From Deferribacterales bacterium (lineage in GTDB: Bacteria > Chrysiogenota > Deferribacteres > Deferribacterales > Geovibrionaceae): a stretch of DNA of 64,000 nt. Made by a program: the position numbers and the translations under genes. The notes below the pieces were generated by a model. That model searched no databases. It saw nothing but the letters and a program-made list of their open reading frames with translations, and had not been told where the DNA came from. Within the stretch, counting starts at the first letter, position 1. Each line of letters starts with the position of its first letter. Below, in pieces: positions 18,521 to 25,894 of this stretch. The stretch lies in NCBI GenBank assembly GCA_050253075.1, contig JBFWJS010000002.1, positions 352,001 to 416,000 on the forward strand, in the 5' to 3' direction.

Positions 18521-19135
18521 TTATTTACCTAAGATACGCAGGAACAGTGTCTTGAGTTTTTCCGGAACTTCTTCCGTTGTCACTGTTCCCAAAATGGCTT
18601 CGTCACATCCGCCACGAAAGCTGTAAAACATTGTGACCGCTGTCCAGTGCGGATCTTCTATATTCCACACACCTGCATCGGCGCCGTCTATTATTATAGT
18701 TTTAAGACTCTTTGTTATCTCTGCATCTGCCATGGTGTTTCTGAAAGGCATACCGGAACCGTATATAGCAACGTCGTGCATCTCGTTCAGTTCGAAATAT
18801 GCCCTGACGGCACCGTCCACCCACGCCTTTATCTTTGATATATGGTCGTCAGGCTCACAGGCCGAAACCGCAGGAATGACACGAGCCATAGCCTCTTTTT
18901 CAAAGTCCTCACGCATAGCCTGAAGGAGCTCTGCCTTGTTTTTGAAATAATGATAAAGCGTCCCCTTCGCCACATTTGCGGCGGAGGCTATCTCGTCCAT
19001 GGTTGCTTTGTCGTAGCCCTTTTCTATAAACAGACTGCTGGCTGCCTCAAGCAGAAGAGATCTTTTCCCGTCGGCATTGCGGGGTCCTGTCGGAGCGCCT
19101 ATCTTACGTGATTTCTTTATCTTTTTAGCTTCCAA
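18521..19135 (-). CDS. TetR-family regulator
   Basis: GYDKATMDEIA..VAKGTLYHYFKNK HTH. TTG start at 19135 chosen for its AGGAG RBS; ATG 19183 is an alternative. Confidence 0.9.
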   Translation of the reverse strand: MEAKKIKKSRKIGAPTGPRNADGKRSLLLEAASSLFIEKGYDKATMDEIASAANVAKGTLYHYFKNKAELLQAMREDFEKEAMARVIPAVSACEPDDHISKIKAWVDGAVRAYFELNEMHDVAIYGSGMPFRNTMADAEITKSLKTIIIDGADAGVWNIEDPHWTAVTMFYSFRGGCDEAILGTVTTEEVPEKLKTLFLRILGK

Positions 19136-19194
19136 AACATACTCCTGAAATGCATCTTCATGCGGCTTTCTATGATTTAACATAATACCAATTC

Positions 19195-19227
19195 GACCAT
19201 TAGTCAATTTTAAATTGACTCTTAGTC
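19195..19227. promoter_or_regulatory. Two GAC-N5-GTC operators overlapping back-to-back TTGACT -35 boxes
   Basis: GACCATTAGTC (19195-19205) and GACTCTTAGTC (19217-19227). TTGACT-N17-TAAATT on plus and TTGACT-N17-TATGTT on minus. Confidence 0.65.
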
Positions 19228-19291
19228 TATTTTTATATAAATTAGCATCAGGAACACAGCATAAACACATTTATTTAAACAGGAGACGCAT

Positions 19292-21472
19292 ATGAGCGAG
19301 ATCAGAAAAAGCTATTGTGGACTATGCCACCCGAGATGCGGAACACTGCTGCATATCGAAGACGGCAAAGTTGTCAAAGTAACAGGCGACCCGGAACACC
19401 CCATAAACAGAGGCTCCATATGTGAGCGCGGACGCCTTATGCTGGACCACCTATATCACCCCGACCGCATAAACTACCCTATGAAGAGAGTCGGAGAAAA
19501 AGGCGAAGGAAAGTGGGAACGTATAAGCTGGGATCAGGCTCTCGATGAAGTCGCAGAAAAACTGCAGACATTAAAAGATAAATACGGAGCAGAGACACTC
19601 ACCTTTACCCACGGGACAAAACGCACATACCACTGGGACTGCCGCAGGTTCTTTAACCTTTTCGGCTCCCCAAACACATGCGGAGTGAATACCATATGCA
19701 TGTGCCCCAGCTATGCCACAGAGTTCGCCACATACGGCGGTATGATAATGGGCAGTGAAGTGCCTATGTCTAAGTGCATAGTGCTCTGGGGGTGCAATGC
19801 TTCACAGTCAGACCCTAACCTGCTCTATCCTATGATAATACACGCCAGAAAAGCAGGCGCGAAGCTCATCGTCATAGACCCCAGAAAGACGAGAGAAGCA
19901 GGCATGGCCGACCTGTGGCTGCAGATACGCCCCGGTACAGACCTCGCCCTCATGCTCGGCTGGATAAACCTCATCATTCAGGACGAGATGTATGATAAAG
20001 AATTTGTAAAAAACTATACCGTGGGCTTCGACGAGCTGAAAACGGAAGTTCAGAAATACACACCTAAATATGTCTCTGAGATAACAGGCGTTCCCGTTGA
20101 GGCCATTGTCGAATCCGCCACAATGTATGCCACCACAAAGCCAGGCGTCATTCCGTTCGGCTTCGGCATTGATAAGCAGGGGATAAACGCTACACAGTGC
20201 GCCAGAGCAAAAGCCATCATAAGAGCTATCACGGGCAACCTCGAAGTTCCCGGCGGTGAAGTGTTCAGTATGGCAGAAAACATAGGCAACATCCGTGACT
20301 GGACATACCTGGAGCTGAACGAAGCCATGCCCGAAGAGCAAAAAAGCAAACAGCTCGGTGCTGACAAGTATCCATTCTTCGGATATCCCGGATGGGAAAT
20401 GAACTCCGAGGCAAACAGTAAGCTCCCCGAAGGATATATGATGCCGCCTGAAAGCTGGCACAGCAACCTCGCCCACGCAAGGGAAGTCATGGATGCCATA
20501 GTCACAAAGAAACCGTATCCCGTGACAGCCGCCATAACACTTGCGAACAACCCGATGGTGGCACTGCCGAACACTCAAAAGGTATTCGAGGCTCTTAAAG
20601 CTCTTGAGCTTTATGTTGTGGTCGAATATTACATGACACCGTCTGCCGCACTGGCAGACTACATATTCCCTGCCGCCTCCACTGTGGAGACATCCGAGCT
20701 GTGGCTGACAAACAGGTTCTGCATGGCTTGTCCGCAGGGGATAGAGCCCCTTTACGAGCGCAGAAACAGCTATGACTTCTACAGAGGTCTCGGCATGCGC
20801 CTCGGACAGGCGGACCAGTGGCCCTGGGAAACAATAGAGGAAGTCTACGATCATTGTCTTGAGCCCGTGGGACTGACATTCAAACAACTGTCAGACCAAC
20901 ACGGTATCTTTGGCAGGATGGAATATAAGAGATACGAAAAATACGGCTTCGGCACACCATCCGGTAAGGTAGAGCTGAAATCGTCTATATTTGAAAAACT
21001 GGGCAACGACCCGCTGCCTAGATATAAAGAACCGCTCTGGAGCCCGAACGGCGACAAAGCCCTCACAGATGAATACCCGCTCATCCTTATAACAGGGAGC
21101 AGATTCATGCCTATGTACCAGTCCGAGCAGAGACAGATAGAAAAGGCACGTAAGAAGATGCCCGATCCTCTGGTCTCCATGCACCCCGATACAGCGAAAA
21201 AGCTGAAACTGGCAGAAGGCGACTGGGCAAAAATATCAACACTGCAGGGCTCTATACGCCAGCGTGTGAGGATAACAGATGCAATGGATCCGGGCATGGT
21301 GGACGTACAGCATTCATGGTGGTTCCCCGAGAGGAGTCCGAAGCTGCCAGAGCTATTCGGCGTGTTTGAGTCAAATGCAAACATGCTGTGCCCGGACGAC
21401 CATGAGCTATGCAGTCCGGAGATAGGGAGCTGGCCTCACTCGGCTCTGATGTGTAAGGTTGAAAAAGAGTAA
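19292..21472 (+). CDS. Stand-alone cytoplasmic Mo/W-bisPGD enzyme, acetylene hydratase-like
   Basis: CGLCHPRC..C FS0 motif, no Tat signal, 726 aa. FFNLFGSPN..ICM, EAMPEEQKSKQLGADKYPF and TPSGKVELKSSIFEKLGNDPLP resemble Pelobacter acetylene hydratase (from recall). Confidence 0.82.
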   Translation: MSEIRKSYCGLCHPRCGTLLHIEDGKVVKVTGDPEHPINRGSICERGRLMLDHLYHPDRINYPMKRVGEKGEGKWERISWDQALDEVAEKLQTLKDKYGAETLTFTHGTKRTYHWDCRRFFNLFGSPNTCGVNTICMCPSYATEFATYGGMIMGSEVPMSKCIVLWGCNASQSDPNLLYPMIIHARKAGAKLIVIDPRKTREAGMADLWLQIRPGTDLALMLGWINLIIQDEMYDKEFVKNYTVGFDELKTEVQKYTPKYVSEITGVPVEAIVESATMYATTKPGVIPFGFGIDKQGINATQCARAKAIIRAITGNLEVPGGEVFSMAENIGNIRDWTYLELNEAMPEEQKSKQLGADKYPFFGYPGWEMNSEANSKLPEGYMMPPESWHSNLAHAREVMDAIVTKKPYPVTAAITLANNPMVALPNTQKVFEALKALELYVVVEYYMTPSAALADYIFPAASTVETSELWLTNRFCMACPQGIEPLYERRNSYDFYRGLGMRLGQADQWPWETIEEVYDHCLEPVGLTFKQLSDQHGIFGRMEYKRYEKYGFGTPSGKVELKSSIFEKLGNDPLPRYKEPLWSPNGDKALTDEYPLILITGSRFMPMYQSEQRQIEKARKKMPDPLVSMHPDTAKKLKLAEGDWAKISTLQGSIRQRVRITDAMDPGMVDVQHSWWFPERSPKLPELFGVFESNANMLCPDDHELCSPEIGSWPHSALMCKVEKE

Positions 21473-21480
21473 CAGACATA

Positions 21481-21518
21481 AAAAAAGGTCAGTTAGAAAT
21501 GACTGACCTTTTATTTTT
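21481..21518. terminator. Bidirectional intrinsic terminator
   Basis: AAAAGGTCAGT/ACTGACCTTTT between convergent genes. Confidence 0.85.
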
Positions 21519-21744
21519 ATAACTTATAGCCCGGCTTTTTATATAGCTTGTCCAGATTCGGCCTGATATCGACATCATAGACCTCTGATTTCCAGTCGGA
21601 AGGCTCGATCTCTTCTATCGCTACAGAGACAGAGCTTTCGCCTGCACCTGAATGCTTCATGATATCCTGAACGATGGCGTCGGCCATGCGCTCCTTCTCC
21701 TCTTCTGACCTGCCGGGGTACATTTTGATTATCACATGCGGCAT
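21517..21744 (-). CDS. 4-oxalocrotonate tautomerase-family protein (in-frame upstream Tat-like extension to 21873)
   Basis: MPHVIIKMYPGRSEEEK..VSVAIEEI with Pro-1; GAGGTA RBS 6 nt upstream of ATG 21744. Confidence 0.85.
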   Translation of the reverse strand: MPHVIIKMYPGRSEEEKERMADAIVQDIMKHSGAGESSVSVAIEEIEPSDWKSEVYDVDIRPNLDKLYKKPGYKL

Positions 21745-21883
21745 AATACTTACCTCTTTATTCGTTTCTCCTGCGTGTGCCTTTGGCAATGAGTATGTAA
21801 AGACAACTGCACTACCGATATAGGTAACACATTTTTTAAGAAACGTCCTCCTGGAGTATTCGTTTTCAGACATAGCTTTCAAA

Positions 21884-22609
21884 TTACTTTCTGTCTGCCA
21901 GCACGTTTTTCAGCACTTCGGCGGCCGTATCGCCCTCTTCTGTGCCGACTTTTTCTGCTATGAGGGTTACGAACTCAGTGAGCTCTGCTTCCGTATTCCC
22001 CACGTTCATAGCTGCGCCTATATGATACTTGAGCTGTCCTGCCGTGCCTGAAAGGCTTGCGAGGGCCGATATTGTCACCAGCTCTCTCGTCTTATGATCG
22101 AGGACATCACGGATGAAGATATCCGCAAAGAGATGTTCCTTAAGGAACTGATCCATAACAGGGTTAAACTTCTGCCACTTAGCCTCAGGCGGAACCTCAT
22201 CCAGCCCTGAAAGCATCGCTCTTATCTTTGCGCCGTATTCATCTCTGTTTATATCAGTTGGCACGGGTGAGGCTGTCCTGCCCTCCACGTCTTTGATCCC
22301 CTGCTTTACCCTTTCATCCATCAGAACCATAAAGGCTGTCTGGGCATTCAGCGCACAGGGGAAGCCCACATAGGCATAAAGATGTGCGACGATCTCTTTT
22401 ATCTCGTTCACAGTGAGCCCCGACTCCAGACCTTTAACAAGGGCGGGCTTCAGCTTTGCTATATCTCCGTTTGCGGTGTAGGCTGAAATAAGCACTACAC
22501 TCTGCTCTTTCTTATCCAAGGCTTTATACTCCTTCGCATTTGATGTCACTGCCGTGACGATGAAGAGCGCGGCGGATAACACAAGTGTGATTATCTTTTT
22601 ATAATTCAT
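21884..22609 (-). CDS. Carboxymuconolactone decarboxylase-family protein (two domains) with signal peptide
   Basis: EIKEIVAHLYAYVGFP, EHLFADIF.R.VLD..RELVTISALA. Start is uncertain (22609 or 22624). Confidence 0.85.
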   Translation of the reverse strand: MNYKKIITLVLSAALFIVTAVTSNAKEYKALDKKEQSVVLISAYTANGDIAKLKPALVKGLESGLTVNEIKEIVAHLYAYVGFPCALNAQTAFMVLMDERVKQGIKDVEGRTASPVPTDINRDEYGAKIRAMLSGLDEVPPEAKWQKFNPVMDQFLKEHLFADIFIRDVLDHKTRELVTISALASLSGTAGQLKYHIGAAMNVGNTEAELTEFVTLIAEKVGTEEGDTAAEVLKNVLADRK

Positions 22610-22616
22610 GGCTGAC

Positions 22617-23105
22617 CTACTCACCTTTATACTGCTTGTCGGTCACATGCTCCATCCATTCGACAGCCGAGCCTTCCACCACTTCCTGAATGGCGACATG
22701 AACGAGAGGAGTGCTCTCGGATGCGCCGTGCCAGTGCTTCACGCCCTTAGGGAAAAAGACGACATCGCCCGCTGAGACAGCTCTTTTAGGAAATCCTTCC
22801 TGCTGGACAAAGCCCGAGCCTGAAGTAACGACAAGCACCTGACCCGCAGGGTGTGTGTGCCATGCTGTTCTTGCGCCCGGCTCAAATGTTACATAGGCAC
22901 TGGTCACCCTTGTGGGTGCTTCAGGTTTAAGGAAGAGAGGGTCAACACTGACATCTCCCGTGAAAACTTTTTCCGAGCCTTTGAATGATGCCTGAGTGCC
23001 GTTTTTGAGCACTTTGATCTGTTCTTCGGCAGCGAAACCCGTGGCCGCCATTGATACGATCATGATTCCCATTGTGGAAACAAATAATAATTTTCTCAGA
23101 TTCAT
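22617..23105 (-). CDS. Cupin domain protein with signal peptide
   Basis: [24 protein letters not shown]-terminal signal ending GFA. Confidence 0.9.
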   Translation of the reverse strand: MNLRKLLFVSTMGIMIVSMAATGFAAEEQIKVLKNGTQASFKGSEKVFTGDVSVDPLFLKPEAPTRVTSAYVTFEPGARTAWHTHPAGQVLVVTSGSGFVQQEGFPKRAVSAGDVVFFPKGVKHWHGASESTPLVHVAIQEVVEGSAVEWMEHVTDKQYKGE

Positions 23106-23119
23106 GTTACCTCCAAAAG

Positions 23120-23518
23120 TTATGATTTATACTGTTCGTCGGACACCTTCTCCATCCATGCGACAGAGGATCCGTCGATCGATTCCTGTATTGCGATGTG
23201 CGTCATGGCCGTGTCCGGGCCTGCGCCGTGCCAGTGTTTTTCCCCTGCGGGGAACCACACGACATCCCCTGCCCTGATCTCTTCTATATCTCCGCCTTCA
23301 CGCTGAACTCTCCCGCAGCCGAATGTCACTATCAGTGTCTGGCCTGCGGGGTGCGTATGCCACGCTGTTCTTGCGCCCGGTTCGAATGTTACATAAGCAC
23401 CGGATGTCCTTGACGGGTCTTCCGGTTTAAGAAAGAGCGGATCCAGCCTGACAGTCCCTGTGAACCAGTCTTCGGGTCCTTGCATAGATGCCTGCGCTCC
23501 ACTTCTTGTAATCTTCAT
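23120..23518 (-). CDS. Cupin domain protein (cytoplasmic paralog)
   Basis: Same [18 protein letters not shown] and HWHGA motifs; AAGGAG RBS. Confidence 0.92.
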   Translation of the reverse strand: MKITRSGAQASMQGPEDWFTGTVRLDPLFLKPEDPSRTSGAYVTFEPGARTAWHTHPAGQTLIVTFGCGRVQREGGDIEEIRAGDVVWFPAGEKHWHGAGPDTAMTHIAIQESIDGSSVAWMEKVSDEQYKS

Positions 23519-23577
23519 TTAGATGCTCCTTTGTATTTGATCTTATTATTAAATATAGGGGCTGGATGTGCGTAATC

Positions 23578-23612
23578 GTTAGACCAATACTGCTGAATTC
23601 TTGCCCGATACA
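23578..23612 (-). promoter_or_regulatory. 35-bp operator, copy 4
   Basis: TGTATCGGGCAAGAATTCAGCAGTATTGGTCTAAC on the minus strand; TATATT 20 nt downstream. Confidence 0.8.
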
Positions 23613-23799
23613 GCAAATCGGATATGGAGTGATAATTTTATCTGAGAATATGATGACGGTGCTTTTCTATGATCTATGTTCAGAAATCTTTCAAATACAT
23701 GACATTTATAAATCCCTACGGTTAAACCCGTGGTTCTATGCTTCGCACATGCTAATGCACGGAATTATGACTTCGTTGTCACAAGCTAGAGTATATGAA

Positions 23800-24063
23800 A
23801 AAAGCAAAGTAGAGATCAGCTTTTACCGTACATCTGACGGTAAAGAAATAGACTTTATACTGGACAACGGAAGCTCACTCACTGCCATAGAGATAAAGAG
23901 TGCAAAAACAGTAACCATGTCAGACTTTTAACATATCAAATATTTTGCAGAATCTACAAAAGGATTGCTGAAAACAGGTTACGTCATGTACAACGGCAAT
24001 AAAGTTCTCAGCTTCGGCGAACATGCCGGAACAAAACTTTACGCTGTACCCATATACCTTTAA
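23800..24063 (+). pseudogene. Remnant of the C-terminus of an AAA_14/DUF4143 ATP-binding protein
   Basis: FYRTSDGKEIDFI..AIEIKS motif; in-frame TAA at 23929-23931, after which plausible coding continues (HIKYF..GYVMYNG..AVP) to 24063. The 5' part is missing and the start coordinate is approximate. Confidence 0.75.
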
Positions 24064-24084
24064 ACAAATCCCAGCAATGTAAAA

Positions 24085-25566
24085 TCATTTAAGTTTTTCT
24101 TCTAAAAAGGATACTAGTTTTTGAACATCTTCACTTTGTTCATCCAATAAAAACTCAACAATTTTATTAATAAGCAAAACTCTCGGCTTAGAAACATTTT
24201 CTAACTCATTTTCAATTCTATCAAATAGTTTTTTACCATTTGAATCGTTCAAATACTCTTTACTATTTTTATATTCCTGAATTAAATTACGTAAGCTTTT
24301 CAACATAAAAACGCTATCTTGTAAATGCTCATAAAGGTCTTGGTTAACATTATCGAACAAGTGATACTTTAAATATTTCTCTAAGCTTTTAATTGGTAGA
24401 TAGTTTAGAGGTATTACATTTTTAGAAATATTTTTTCTAATAAACTTTTGCGCATCATCTTTAACATCTGCATCTAAAATAATTATAATATTTGACATAT
24501 GAGATAATATTTTATTTCTAGTAACATCATAAGCCAGCGTAATTACATTTGTATATCCACCACAAGGTAAAACATGTACAAGCTTACTCGAACGTAATTT
24601 ATTTCTATCTAGCAAGTTGTCAATTAAATCTTTAGCTAACTCATCCTCAGCTAGTATCACATAGTCAAAACCAGCATGTACATACAAATCCCTTGTGGCG
24701 TAAGCAGGGTAGCAAGGGTTAATGACTTTCATCGAATTGTCATGAAATCTCTCTAAGTAGTATATATTCTCTGGTCTAATTGAACTAATTAATTCAATTG
24801 AATGAGTTGAAAAGTAAACTACAAAATTGTATTCTTCAGCAATTGACTCAATAAAACTGAGCAACCTCAGCAGTGCAGAAGGATGAAGTGCTAATTCGAT
24901 TTCATCAAGAAGAATAAGTTTTGGTTCAAGAGTGTCAGCTCCCCTCTCAATTCTTTTGTGCAAAGAATTCAATATACTTATCAGTAAGTTTTCCCCAGTT
25001 GACATATGGAACTGATTTATAATAATATTATTTTTTTTATAACAGAAAATCTCACCTTTAAGCCCAAGCTCTTCAGTAACATAGCGTTTATGAACTCTAT
25101 ATATTACTTCGTAGAACTCTGGATCATCCTGAAGAATCCTTCCTAAATTCTCCCGAATAAATTCATTGTAAACATTTAACTTGCTTTCATCAATACCAGA
25201 TAATTTACGGAGTGTTTCAACATTAGCATTTCTAAATCTATTTCCATAAATCAGACTACCCTCATAAAACCCTTTCAAATTGAAGCCATCGTCTTTTTTT
25301 GCTCCCCATTCCATATTATCTTTCACATAGTAATTTTTAGAAAATCCATTATAAGAAAAAGATATACGAGAATCTGAATTAGGAAATCCAAAATAATCAT
25401 CAAGAGCATTATTCCTATTAAAAAATGCACAGGATGCACAGGATATTAAGGTACTCTTACCAGAACCATTTAAGCCAGTTATAGCATATAGCCCTTTTTT
25501 TAAAGGAAGCTTGACTGTAAGTTTTTCTACAGACTTAATGTTATTTATTTCAACTATTAAATTCAT
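24085..25566 (-). CDS. AT-rich ABC/AAA ATPase fused to a TOPRIM domain (OLD-like, candidate defence protein)
   Basis: GLNGSGKST Walker A, MSTGE signature, LLDEIELALHP, STHS; TOPRIM-like ILAED..CGG..LDAD; AGAGG RBS before ATG 25566. Confidence 0.85.
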   Translation of the reverse strand: MNLIVEINNIKSVEKLTVKLPLKKGLYAITGLNGSGKSTLISCASCAFFNRNNALDDYFGFPNSDSRISFSYNGFSKNYYVKDNMEWGAKKDDGFNLKGFYEGSLIYGNRFRNANVETLRKLSGIDESKLNVYNEFIRENLGRILQDDPEFYEVIYRVHKRYVTEELGLKGEIFCYKKNNIIINQFHMSTGENLLISILNSLHKRIERGADTLEPKLILLDEIELALHPSALLRLLSFIESIAEEYNFVVYFSTHSIELISSIRPENIYYLERFHDNSMKVINPCYPAYATRDLYVHAGFDYVILAEDELAKDLIDNLLDRNKLRSSKLVHVLPCGGYTNVITLAYDVTRNKILSHMSNIIIILDADVKDDAQKFIRKNISKNVIPLNYLPIKSLEKYLKYHLFDNVNQDLYEHLQDSVFMLKSLRNLIQEYKNSKEYLNDSNGKKLFDRIENELENVSKPRVLLINKIVEFLLDEQSEDVQKLVSFLEEKLK

Positions 25567-25652
25567 AATAACCTCTGATATAAAATAACTTAATCTCTCA
25601 TAAAAATATATTAGAATAATTGAATGGATTTTGCACCAGAAATGCACCAAAT

Positions 25653-25679
25653 AAAAAAGCGGCTCTTGGGAAGCCGCTT
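25653..25679 (-). terminator. Terminator following the duplicated tRNA 3' end
   Basis: AAGCGGCT-CTTGGGA-AGCCGCTT hairpin with an A-run (U-tract on minus). Confidence 0.8.
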
Positions 25680-25696
25680 CAGTCAAATCCTTAAGT

Positions 25697-25714
25697 AATC
25701 GGGGTGAAAGGATT
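25697..25714 (-). repeat. 18-bp direct repeat of the tRNA-Pro 3' end (att-like)
   Basis: AATCGGGGTGAAAGGATT, identical to 25819-25836. Confidence 0.9.
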
Positions 25715-25774
25715 GAGCCCGAAACGAGTTCGGGCAATCACGAATATAACCTGACGAAATATGATTTTTAACGT

Positions 25775-25803
25775 AAAAAAGGCGATCCTTGGGAGATCGC
25801 CTT
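25775..25803 (-). terminator. tRNA-Pro terminator
   Basis: AAGGCGATC-CTTGGGA-GATCGCCTT hairpin with U-tract on minus. Confidence 0.85.
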
Positions 25804-25820
25804 AACTCTTTTCCTATAAA

Positions 25821-25894
25821 TCGGGGTGAAAGGATTTGAACCTTCGACCCCCTGTTCCCAAGACAGGTGCGCTACCAACCTGCGCTACACCCCG
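25821..25894 (-). tRNA. tRNA-Pro (TGG), CCA not encoded
   Basis: CGGGGTGTAGCGCAGGTTGGTAGCGCACCTGTCTTGGGAACAGGGGGTCGAAGGTTCAAATCCTTTCACCCCGA cloverleaf; TTGACA at 25930-25935 upstream. Confidence 0.97.

Noticed and set aside
19808..20887. 359-aa antisense ORF inside the molybdoenzyme gene
   Set aside because: Shadow frame of a well-supported gene, with no motifs or RBS seen. The same applies to 9815-10522, 42892-43596, 47904-48725, 56022-56933 and 60613-61431.
14507..23612. 35-bp repeats as a CRISPR array
   Set aside because: Copies are dispersed, degenerate, on both strands and at fixed promoter positions, with no spacers or cas genes.
23566..23799. 5' part of the 121-aa ORF
   Set aside because: It overlaps operator copy 4 and looks non-coding. 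Only the part from about 23800 resembles a protein family.
25567..25737. N-terminal 57-aa extension of the ATPase ORF (MPELVSGS..)
   Set aside because: It runs through the palindrome, att repeat and terminator. ATG 25566 has an RBS and begins the ATPase fold.
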